Virus record (IMG/VR): IMGVR_UViG_3300032242_000862
Span: 1 to 52,224 of that record
Direction: 5' to 3' (one strand)
Origin: a virus
Lineage: Duplodnaviria > Caudoviricetes
Length of the DNA stretch: 52,224 nucleotides
Part shown: positions 17,882-25,118 of the stretch, in pieces
Layout: every line of letters begins with the position of its first letter
How positions within the stretch are numbered: the stretch's first letter is position 1
Program-made: the position numbers and the translations under genes
The notes under the pieces: generated by a model
Seen by the model: the letters and a program-made list of their open reading frames with translations, nothing else
The model's database searches: none
What the model was told of the DNA's origin: nothing

Positions 17882-18099
17882 AAGTCAAAGAATTGATCGA
17901 GCAGTTGCAAGCCCTTGACCCAGACATGGAAACCATGCGCCATGGGTATGAGGGCGGGGTTGAAAACGTCTCCTCGCTGAACATTGAAAAAGTCGCGCTG
18001 AAAGTCCACCCAGAGTGGTATTACGGGTCGCACGAGACGATTGACGAAGACAACGAGTATCCCGGACATGAACATATCACCGCAGTAATCATCTCGTAA
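17878..18099 (+). CDS. Hypothetical protein (MKVKELIEQLQ family)
   Basis: ATGA coupling; common phage N-terminal motif. Confidence 0.7.
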   Translation: MKVKELIEQLQALDPDMETMRHGYEGGVENVSSLNIEKVALKVHPEWYYGSHETIDEDNEYPGHEHITAVIIS

Positions 18100-18108
18100 G
18101 GAGCACCC

Positions 18109-18564
18109 ATGAGAACACTTGGAATTGACCCCGGCGCAACAGGCGCAATTGTTTTGCTGGAAGACGGCCAACCCATCGAGTGGACGGCCATGCCTACGCT
18201 CAAGGTCGGCACGGCCACAAGAGTCAATGCACCAGCCCTTGCTGACTGGATCGCATCAACATGCTGCACGCAGGTCTATGTTGAACAGGTTCACGCCATG
18301 CCCGGCCAAGGCGTGACATCGATGTTCAACTTCGGCCACTCATGCGGTACGGTGATCGGTGTTCTAGGTGCAATGAACATCCCCTACGCACTGGTGACGC
18401 CGCAAGCATGGAAGAAGGCTGCAGGCCTGATCGGCACTGACAAAGACGCCGCACGCTCACGAGCCATTCAGATGTGGCCCAAGTGGCGTGACCTCGACAA
18501 GAAGGGCAAAGGCCAAGCACTGGCAGACGCCGCACTGATCGCGGCATATGGAGAACAGACATGA
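18109..18564 (+). CDS. RuvC-like Holliday junction resolvase
   Basis: LGIDPG..GA, VYVE, FNFG...G, P..WKK and ADAALIA motifs. Confidence 0.85.
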   Translation: MRTLGIDPGATGAIVLLEDGQPIEWTAMPTLKVGTATRVNAPALADWIASTCCTQVYVEQVHAMPGQGVTSMFNFGHSCGTVIGVLGAMNIPYALVTPQAWKKAAGLIGTDKDAARSRAIQMWPKWRDLDKKGKGQALADAALIAAYGEQT

Positions 18565-18902
18565 ACCAGAAGGACATCAACGACGCCGTGGACTATCTGT
18601 ACACCCATGGCCGCAAGTACGCAGAAGCCAAGGCCCACCGCACGTACCTTGAGGAATACCGCAAAAGCCAGAAGGCAATCCTGATGAAGAAGGCATTGTC
18701 TGATGGCCGCGCCAAATCGGCTGCAGTGGCCGAAATCGAGGCATATGCAGACCCAACCTACATCGAGGTGCTCAAAGGGCTGGAAGAGGCCGTAGAGGCC
18801 GAAGAAACGCTTCGGTGGGGGTTGGTATCGGCTCAGGCTCGAATCGACTGCTGGCGATCAACTGAGGCCTCCAACAGGGTCATGGACAGAGCAGTATCAT
18901 GA
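18561..18902 (+). CDS. Helical protein, possibly a recombination mediator (113 aa)
   Basis: AEAKA...LEEYRKS...EAYAD..Y...WRS.EAS pattern; lies between two nucleases. Confidence 0.55.
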   Translation: MNQKDINDAVDYLYTHGRKYAEAKAHRTYLEEYRKSQKAILMKKALSDGRAKSAAVAEIEAYADPTYIEVLKGLEEAVEAEETLRWGLVSAQARIDCWRSTEASNRVMDRAVS

Positions 18903-19171
18903 ACAGCAGCTTCACCAAGGCCGAACGCGAATGGGTGGGGCTTGTCAAGGAGCAACCCTGCTCAGTCTGCGAAGCGCCCGGCCCCTCTGCAGCCCACCAC
19001 ATCAAGCAGGGGAGCCACTACACCTGCGTGGCCCTGTGCTACTCATGCCACCAAGGCTCGACCATGGGCTGGCACGGGCAGAAGCGTGCATGGGCCATTG
19101 CAAAGATGGACGAGCACGACGCCCTGAACGTCACCATCCGCAATATCTACAAGCAACTCACAAAGATGTAA
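18899..19171 (+). CDS. Ref-like HNH / Zn-finger nuclease (90 aa)
   Basis: CSVC...AHH...LC..CH...GWHG motif. Confidence 0.7.
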   Translation: MNSSFTKAEREWVGLVKEQPCSVCEAPGPSAAHHIKQGSHYTCVALCYSCHQGSTMGWHGQKRAWAIAKMDEHDALNVTIRNIYKQLTKM

Positions 19172-19209
19172 CAATTTGTAACAGACAGCAAAATAATGTT
19201 CCACAACAC

Positions 19210-19229
19210 TTCTAACTGTGTGTTAGAAT
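19210..19229 (+). promoter_or_regulatory. Palindromic operator-like box overlapping a -10 element
   Basis: TTCTAAC-TGTGT-GTTAGAA (7-5-7 palindrome) containing TGnTAGAAT, upstream of a gene with a strong RBS. Confidence 0.6.
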
Positions 19230-19271
19230 TCTTCTACCGCAACGTTAGCGGGTTTAACTAAGGAAATCATC

Positions 19272-19589
19272 ATGACAGCAGTCGCTACCCTGATCCAGAC
19301 CGAAGCTCTGATCTCCACCATCACTTCCGACATCGACGCACTGTATGTGCTCGACCAACAAGCCAAGGCCCTCGAGGCCAAAATCAAAGCCATGAAGGCT
19401 GACCTCGCCAACAAGTACGGCGAAGGCGAGTTCCGTGGCGAACTGCACAGCGTGACCATCAAGCTGGTGCAAGTCAAGGGCACCGTTGATTACGGCAAGC
19501 TGTGCGTCGAGTACGGCATCACAGACGATGTGCTCGACACATTCCGCAAAGCAAACCGTGGCGACATTCGCGTCACTCCAGTCAAGTAA
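19272..19589 (+). CDS. Hypothetical protein (105 aa)
   Basis: TAAGGA RBS; coiled-coil N-terminus. Confidence 0.75.
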   Translation: MTAVATLIQTEALISTITSDIDALYVLDQQAKALEAKIKAMKADLANKYGEGEFRGELHSVTIKLVQVKGTVDYGKLCVEYGITDDVLDTFRKANRGDIRVTPVK

Positions 19590-19596
19590 ACCAAAC

Positions 19597-19610
19597 GGGG
19601 CTTCGGCCCC
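19597..19610 (+). other. cUUCGg tetraloop hairpin (mRNA stability or processing element)
   Basis: Intergenic GGGGC-TTCG-GCCCC with no U-tract. Confidence 0.6.
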
Positions 19611-19624
19611 ATCAGGAGAACACC

Positions 19625-20002
19625 ATGACACCCATGACACAACGCGAAAAAGAACTGACAGCCAAGAACGTATTGGCCGCTTGCAAGGACATCAACAAGC
19701 TGAACAAGCGTGGCTACGACTTCTTGTACTTGGCAAGTGGCTTTATTGCTCACTACAGCATCAACGGCTTCAAGGCCTACTACTCTGAGCACAACCTGCA
19801 AGCTGACATCGAGCGCAACGCCAAAGCAAACCAGTGGCACAACTTCCGCAAGGGCGAACGCGATGCCGACTACTACCATGCCAAGCGTGACTGCTACAAC
19901 ATGATCCTTGGTGGCTTTGTGGCCCAACAAGCATTCGACGAGAAATTTGACAACCCAATTCAGTTTCTGCGCGATCACTTCACCATCATTCACATCGGCT
20001 AA
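19625..20002 (+). CDS. Hypothetical protein (125 aa)
   Basis: AGGAG RBS before the ATG at 19625; GFIAHY motif. Confidence 0.7.
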   Translation: MTPMTQREKELTAKNVLAACKDINKLNKRGYDFLYLASGFIAHYSINGFKAYYSEHNLQADIERNAKANQWHNFRKGERDADYYHAKRDCYNMILGGFVAQQAFDEKFDNPIQFLRDHFTIIHIG

Positions 20003-20012
20003 GGAGAACGCC

Positions 20013-20198
20013 ATGACAGACATCGAAACAATCATCCACTGCCAAGAAGGCGTTCGCGTATCAGTCTCTGACTTTGACGAAGGCGTATGGCTGCACCTGA
20101 GCATGCGCCACGGCACTTCCCACGCTGTGCTCACCCGCGAAGAAGCAGAGCGCTTGCTGGAGGGCTTGCAGGCCATCTTGGAGAAAGAAACAGCATGA
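20013..20198 (+). CDS. Hypothetical protein (61 aa)
   Basis: AAGGAG RBS before the ATG at 20013. Confidence 0.65.
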   Translation: MTDIETIIHCQEGVRVSVSDFDEGVWLHLSMRHGTSHAVLTREEAERLLEGLQAILEKETA

Positions 20199-20272
20199 AC
20201 CTGCACCCCACAATCAAATTCTGGGGCATCATCATTCTGGTGTGCCTCGCCTATTACCTCGTAAAGGATTGA
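20195..20272 (+). CDS. 25-aa membrane peptide (MNLHPTIKFWGIIILVCLAYYLVKD)
   Basis: ATGA coupling; fills the gap; one hydrophobic helix. Confidence 0.5.
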   Translation: MNLHPTIKFWGIIILVCLAYYLVKD

Positions 20273-20273
20273 C

Positions 20274-20501
20274 ATGAATCCTATTACACCAATGGAAGCC
20301 TACGCAACCACAGATGGTCAACTGCACATGGACAAGTTGGAAGCACAGGCCCACCAGCACGGCATCGACATCACCCCAGAGGTCGAAGCCTTTTTGGGAA
20401 ACTACCGTGGCTTTATTGATGGCGTCACAAGAAAACACGCGATCATCAATTGGGAAGTGTCAAAGAAACTCAAAGAACTGAAAGGACAAAACAATGGCTA
20501 A
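20274..20501 (+). CDS. Hypothetical protein (75 aa)
   Basis: AAGGA RBS; tightly packed with neighbours. Confidence 0.65.
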   Translation: MNPITPMEAYATTDGQLHMDKLEAQAHQHGIDITPEVEAFLGNYRGFIDGVTRKHAIINWEVSKKLKELKGQNNG

Positions 20502-20718
20502 ATTACCGTACACATGGACAATCTGTCCAGATCAAGAAGCACCAACAAATTTCACTGCAAGCTGTGCTGAGATGGGTCGCTTGTTGAAGGATAGTCCTGA
20601 TGGCAATTTGACCATCAATCAAAAACGACTTGGTATGTGGGATTCATGGAGTGGTGGTGGAGTGGGTATTCCCATCGAAGATATGTTGCAAGCAATGACC
20701 AAACTGGAGCGAACATGA
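20494..20718 (+). CDS. Hypothetical protein (74 aa)
   Basis: AAGGA RBS; overlaps the upstream stop. Confidence 0.65.
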   Translation: MAKLPYTWTICPDQEAPTNFTASCAEMGRLLKDSPDGNLTINQKRLGMWDSWSGGGVGIPIEDMLQAMTKLERT

Positions 20719-20999
20719 CTGAAAAAAAAGAAATGAGCCAACTGGCTCGACAACTGATGGGCAACGCTGGCGTGACATTTTTTACCCAAGCTGAGTTCGA
20801 CGAGGCCTTGGCACTTGCAAAGGGCGAGATCATGGCCGTGGCCATCGAAGCCAGCAGGCACGCCGTCATGATGGAGCGCCAAGCCTGCGCAAAGATGGTC
20901 CACGACCTTGCGACACAGGAAGATGAGGGAACGGTCTCTACGGCCCTTCAGAACGCCGCACAGGCCATCCTGCACCGCATACCGAGCCAGATGCAATGA
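20715..20999 (+). CDS. Hypothetical protein (94 aa)
   Basis: GGAG RBS, ATGA coupling; ERQACA motif. Confidence 0.65.
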   Translation: MTEKKEMSQLARQLMGNAGVTFFTQAEFDEALALAKGEIMAVAIEASRHAVMMERQACAKMVHDLATQEDEGTVSTALQNAAQAILHRIPSQMQ

Positions 21000-21121
21000 A
21001 GCACGATCCATTCGACATCACCGCAGTGGACATGACACCCGGCCAACGGATCTGGCGGGTGTTGTTTTTGCTGTCAATCATCGGCACTGTTCTGATGGAC
21101 ATGATCTACTGGCGACCATAG
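20996..21121 (+). CDS. 41-aa membrane peptide ending in YWRP
   Basis: Translated by hand: MKHDPFDITAVDMTPGQRIWRVLFLLSIIGTVLMDMIYWRP; ATGA coupling. Confidence 0.55.
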   Translation: MKHDPFDITAVDMTPGQRIWRVLFLLSIIGTVLMDMIYWRP

Positions 21122-21134
21122 GGAAAACACCTAG

Positions 21135-21165
21135 TTGTCATGAGACTCTAATTTTGTGTTATAAT
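21135..21165 (+). promoter_or_regulatory. Promoter with operator-like box
   Basis: TTGTCA...TGtTATAAT, containing TCTAATTTTGTGTTATA (21147-21163). Confidence 0.7.
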
Positions 21166-21205
21166 TCTTTCACTGCAACAGAGCAGGTTTATTTAGGAGA
21201 TCGAC

Positions 21206-21844
21206 ATGACAGCTACTACTCAAAACCGCACGTTCCGCTCAAACCCAATCGAGCACCCAGATGCATACGCTGCGGCCACCAAGCGCCACATCATCGCCAA
21301 CGCACGCAAGACTTGGCTTGCGAACACACCTCGTGCTCACGAGATCCTTGACGCCGCTGATGCTGGCCGTGAGTACGACAACCATGGCCGTGAGTCTTAT
21401 AAAGATGGTTTCATGGGCTCCATGGCTTATGCGTTGGACACCTTCGGCAAGCTCTCACCTAAGCAGTGCGAAGCCATCCTCAAGGGTGTTGACGCCCGTG
21501 CTGCAAAGAAGGCTGAGTGGGCCAATGAACGTGCTGCTTTGGACGCCAAGCGCCAGCACGTGGGCACTGTGAACCAGAAGATCACCCTCACCCTCACCAT
21601 TTGCCACATCGTCGTTCTGGACGGCATGTATGGCACCAACTACATCTACATCATGGAAGACGCCGACAAAAACGTGGTGATCTACAAAGGCACCTCAGAT
21701 GCCGTGGCATGGACACCAGAAGGCACTGTGCGCGTTAAGGGCGACACCCTCACCATCACCGCCACAGTCAAAGAGCACGGCGTGCGCGATGGTGTCAAGC
21801 AAACAATCATTCAGCGTCCAAAAGCTGTTGTTACTACAATTTAA
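21206..21844 (+). CDS. Hypothetical protein with probable C-terminal OB fold (212 aa)
   Basis: AGGAG RBS; GKLSPKQ and ITATVKEH...GVKQT.IQRPK patterns. Confidence 0.65.
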   Translation: MTATTQNRTFRSNPIEHPDAYAAATKRHIIANARKTWLANTPRAHEILDAADAGREYDNHGRESYKDGFMGSMAYALDTFGKLSPKQCEAILKGVDARAAKKAEWANERAALDAKRQHVGTVNQKITLTLTICHIVVLDGMYGTNYIYIMEDADKNVVIYKGTSDAVAWTPEGTVRVKGDTLTITATVKEHGVRDGVKQTIIQRPKAVVTTI

Positions 21845-21854
21845 GGAGTTCAAA

Positions 21855-22106
21855 ATGAAACGCAACTACCGCAACGCATTCAACGCGCTCAAGAAGCTGG
21901 GCGTGCCTGTGTATGAGCGCGACGACATGAATGGTCGTTTCCAGATCAGCGCAGAAGATCCTGAATCGTACAAGTGGTGCGATTACTACAGCAGCCCTTC
22001 AAGCTGGATCTTCGGCGTCAATCCCAAACTCGACAGCACGCTGTCAAAGTACAAGTTGTTTCCCGAGTGGATCAACCCCGGCGAACTTGGCGTCTACGAA
22101 CTTTAA
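21855..22106 (+). CDS. Hypothetical protein (83 aa)
   Basis: TAAGGAG RBS before the ATG at 21855; EWINPG motif. Confidence 0.7.
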   Translation: MKRNYRNAFNALKKLGVPVYERDDMNGRFQISAEDPESYKWCDYYSSPSSWIFGVNPKLDSTLSKYKLFPEWINPGELGVYEL

Positions 22107-22114
22107 GGACTAAC

Positions 22115-22336
22115 ATGAACGATTTCAAACCTATGCTCAAGATGGCTACAGAGGCCATCAAAGAAGCGCAAACGCTGAGTGTGTACTGTGACTACATCGC
22201 AGAGACAATCAAATTCTCCCTGCCCACCACTGGCGTCAAGACCAGCCTTGTGCAGTCAGATCTGTTGAGCACCACCAAGACCATTCAAGCAGAGTATCTG
22301 GGCAGGTTCTACAAGATCACCGTGGAGGAAGCATGA
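22115..22336 (+). CDS. Hypothetical protein (73 aa)
   Basis: TAAGGA RBS before the ATG at 22115. Confidence 0.65.
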   Translation: MNDFKPMLKMATEAIKEAQTLSVYCDYIAETIKFSLPTTGVKTSLVQSDLLSTTKTIQAEYLGRFYKITVEEA

Positions 22337-22566
22337 CTGGATGGCGTAAACGACTCATAGTTGAGATGGCGCGGGAAGCTGGGTTTGAACAAGTGGGTCA
22401 CGATTCTTTCCAAGAATTGACCGCCCGTATGGAAGCCTTTGCCAAGCTGGTGCGTGAAGATGAGCGTAAGGCATTGTGCAAATTGATGGAAGACCAAAAC
22501 ACATGGGACTTTTATGACCCTAACCGTACCGCAATTGAAATTATCCGAGCAAGGGGACAAGCATGA
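22333..22566 (+). CDS. Hypothetical protein (MAREAG...FAKLV...IRARG type)
   Basis: ATGA coupling; recurrent accessory-gene motifs. Confidence 0.65.
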   Translation: MTGWRKRLIVEMAREAGFEQVGHDSFQELTARMEAFAKLVREDERKALCKLMEDQNTWDFYDPNRTAIEIIRARGQA

Positions 22567-23030
22567 TTCCAGCAAAAGAAATTGATGGCGAATTGTGGAT
22601 AAAAGCCTCAGACCATCATCAAGCTATCAAAGAAGCCTTGGCACAGCCAGCACCTGTGCAGGAGCCTGTGGCGTGGAATGTGATTGACCCTTTTGGGAAT
22701 ATTGTCGCCACCGAAAAAAATGCAATTCGCGGTTGGGCGCGTGTAGAAGGATACAAACCAACAGTGGAGGGGTTACTTGGTTTTCATGAGAAAGGTTGGC
22801 GTGTTTTACCCGCAGCACAGCCAGCACCTGTGCAGGGGCCTGACTGGAAAGAAGAATACCAAAAGGCTGTAGATTTGCACTGCTTAACACTTGACGAACT
22901 GCGTGAGGCTAACGTGGAAATTAAGCGATTAAAAGCAATGGTTGAGTCGCAAGATATGGTGCTTGTTCGCAGTGCCGAGCGAATTGTTGACTTGCAGACA
23001 CACATTGAAAACCTTGAGGGGGAAACATGA
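22563..23030 (+). CDS. Modular hypothetical protein with two AQPAPVQ boundary motifs
   Basis: 28-bp repeat at 22641-22668 and 22815-22842 (1 mismatch). Confidence 0.65.
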   Translation: MIPAKEIDGELWIKASDHHQAIKEALAQPAPVQEPVAWNVIDPFGNIVATEKNAIRGWARVEGYKPTVEGLLGFHEKGWRVLPAAQPAPVQGPDWKEEYQKAVDLHCLTLDELREANVEIKRLKAMVESQDMVLVRSAERIVDLQTHIENLEGET

Positions 23031-23245
23031 CAATCAGAATTTCGTTTTCCAATACAACGGTGAGGGTTGCGGTTGAAGTCAACGGCGCGATTGAATCAAA
23101 AGTAGTTGAACTGCCACAGCGCACATGGGTAGGGCTGACGGATGATGAAAAACAAAAATTCCTAGGCGGTGATGCTTACGGCGCAACTTTGCATGACATA
23201 AACGCCATAGAAGCCAAACTCAAGGATAAGAACAATGCCGCTTAA
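23027..23245 (+). CDS. Hypothetical protein with LPQRTWVGLTD module
   Basis: ATGA coupling; shares a 23-bp repeat with the next gene. Confidence 0.65.
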   Translation: MTIRISFSNTTVRVAVEVNGAIESKVVELPQRTWVGLTDDEKQKFLGGDAYGATLHDINAIEAKLKDKNNAA

Positions 23246-23420
23246 ACCACACCCAACAGACCCAGACAAGATGGTCTACTACAGCCGCCAGTACGACCTG
23301 CCACAGCGCACATGGGTAGGTCTGACAGACAAAGAACTGGAAGAATTTTCAGAGGCAAAACTTGGATCGTATGACTTGTGTCTCGAAGTCGAAGTCAGAT
23401 TAAAGGAACGCAACACATGA
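23235..23420 (+). CDS. Hypothetical protein with LPQRTWVGLTD module
   Basis: C-terminal half is paralogous to that of the upstream gene. Confidence 0.65.
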   Translation: MPLKPHPTDPDKMVYYSRQYDLPQRTWVGLTDKELEEFSEAKLGSYDLCLEVEVRLKERNT

Positions 23421-23572
23421 AGCAAGTCAAACTTTTTGTTGGCGTTGATGACTACGAAGTTGGTTTGGTGTTTACATGGAATGAATCTGAAAGCGCATGG
23501 GTTTGCAAGATGGATGATGACTTTATGCAAGAAATTGGCGCATTGCCATTTGATGAGGAGAAGAACGCATGA
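23417..23572 (+). CDS. Hypothetical protein (51 aa)
   Basis: AAGGA RBS, ATGA coupling. Confidence 0.55.
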   Translation: MKQVKLFVGVDDYEVGLVFTWNESESAWVCKMDDDFMQEIGALPFDEEKNA

Positions 23573-23751
23573 CAGACCCGTTGTCCCCATTCCTATGGGC
23601 CAAGCGCAAAGAGCCCAGCATCTTTGCCAAGGACAGAGCATTCACTGGACGCTACACAATCCCACAAAATCCAGTGTCGATCACAATCAGGAAAATCACC
23701 GCAAACCAGCCGCTCCCGGCATATTCGAAAGCACATCATGGCAACAGCTAA
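23569..23751 (+). CDS. Hypothetical protein (60 aa)
   Basis: GAGGAG RBS, ATGA coupling. Confidence 0.5.
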   Translation: MTDPLSPFLWAKRKEPSIFAKDRAFTGRYTIPQNPVSITIRKITANQPLPAYSKAHHGNS

Positions 23752-24004
23752 AAAAGTCCCCGCAAAGAAGACACCAGCCAAGACGGCCACAAAGCGTGTC
23801 TTGGTCAGTCAACGCACATTGGCAAGCGCAAAGGCAGATGAAATGTTTGCAATGCCCCAAGAGGTCAAAGAATGGATTGACAGGGCATCGAGCACGATGA
23901 AGCACCAAGCCAACACCATTGCAGAACTCAAGACAGAGGTCGCACAACTGAAGGCGTACAAGAAGTTCGCCGCGCAAAAGATACAGGGCATGAGTTATGA
24001 GTGA
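23738..24004 (+). CDS. Basic coiled-coil protein (MATAKKVPAKKTPAK..., 88 aa)
   Basis: Histone-like PAKK N-terminus and a C-terminal coiled coil. Confidence 0.6.
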   Translation: MATAKKVPAKKTPAKTATKRVLVSQRTLASAKADEMFAMPQEVKEWIDRASSTMKHQANTIAELKTEVAQLKAYKKFAAQKIQGMSYE

Positions 24005-24299
24005 GCCCGATTACAAGATCAATTGGAGTGACGTCGTAGTCCCCAACAAACTGCTGTCAGTTGGAACCATAAAGCCCAACTACAACATGATGTTCCATAA
24101 CGCTGATGGCGAACAGGTGGGCACACTAGACTTCAACGGCTCAGGCTTGGCCTTTGAGGGCAACGCAGAACTGAGCGCCATCGTATTTATTGACTGGCTG
24201 GCAAAAATGTTTGACCAACGCCTGAAGGACGAATACGACAAAGGATTCGCCGCAGGAAAACAATCCACAGGAGAAACAAACCATGATGAAACCAATTGA
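23997..24299 (+). CDS. Hypothetical protein (100 aa)
   Basis: Overlaps both neighbours in operon fashion. Confidence 0.6.
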   Translation: MSEPDYKINWSDVVVPNKLLSVGTIKPNYNMMFHNADGEQVGTLDFNGSGLAFEGNAELSAIVFIDWLAKMFDQRLKDEYDKGFAAGKQSTGETNHDETN

Positions 24300-24624
24300 A
24301 TTCGTAGTAGAAGAAATACCAACAACCGAATCAGTCAATGACCAAGGCGAATATGTCTTTGGCATTTACACAAGTGATGGATGCGATGAAGAACTGGAAG
24401 AAACGATAGCAACAATCGCAGAACTGTGGAAAACAGAGTCCATCACATCAGAAATCACTTTGACGATCAATGTGCGTCTCCGCAGTGTGTACGAGAATCT
24501 GTACGACATGTACAACGCGCAAGGAAAAATCGACGCCGACGACAAACCTCTGTTCGATGCCCTACGCAATGACTGCCAATGGATCGTAGACCAGATCAAC
24601 AATCTAAAAGTTGCATCGTATTGA
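24283..24624 (+). CDS. Hypothetical acidic protein (113 aa)
   Basis: AGGAG RBS. Confidence 0.65.
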   Translation: MMKPIEFVVEEIPTTESVNDQGEYVFGIYTSDGCDEELEETIATIAELWKTESITSEITLTINVRLRSVYENLYDMYNAQGKIDADDKPLFDALRNDCQWIVDQINNLKVASY

Positions 24625-24639
24625 GATTACAAAGTAAAC

Positions 24640-24680
24640 TTCAGTCCTCAATGCGCTGAGATAAGCGCGAAAGGACTGAA
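24640..24680 (+). promoter_or_regulatory. Leader hairpin upstream of terS
   Basis: TTCAGTCCT/AGGACTGAA 9-bp stem enclosing GCGCT-GAGATA-AGCGC. Confidence 0.55.
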
Positions 24681-24752
24681 ATATGACCGACAAGACAATG
24701 TTAGTGACTGCTCACATAGAAAATAAACAATTCAAATTTATTGGAGGTGAGT

Positions 24753-25118
24753 ATGGCAACAGGTAATAAGGGGGCAGGAAGGCCTGCAGGAAGCCCAAAT
24801 AAGGCCACAACAGAGGCAAGGCAGGCCATAGCCTCATTTGTCAATGGAAACGCTCACAGGCTCACTGAGTGGCTCGATCAGGTAGCAGGTGGTGTGAAGG
24901 CCATCGATGAGGAGACGGGCGAAGAGCGGTACGTGGTCCCACCGAACCCAGCCAAGGCCTTTGACATGTTCCAGTCGGTGGTGGAGTACCACGTGCCCAA
25001 GCTGGCACGCATGGAGCACACGGGCAGTGACAACCAACCGTTGGTGATCGAGCATAACGTCAATGTGTTCGGGGAACTGCTCAAGAACATCAAGATGAAG
25101 CGGCAGACAGAGGGATGA
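24753..25118 (+). CDS. terS: Terminase small subunit
   Basis: GRPAGSPNKAT motif, EY..PKL..MEHTG; directly upstream of and coupled to terL; GGAGG RBS. Confidence 0.75.
   Translation: MATGNKGAGRPAGSPNKATTEARQAIASFVNGNAHRLTEWLDQVAGGVKAIDEETGEERYVVPPNPAKAFDMFQSVVEYHVPKLARMEHTGSDNQPLVIEHNVNVFGELLKNIKMKRQTEG

Noticed and set aside
18899-19171. Mobile HNH homing endonuclease or intron
   Set aside because: A short stand-alone Ref-like gene coupled to its neighbour; it interrupts no gene.
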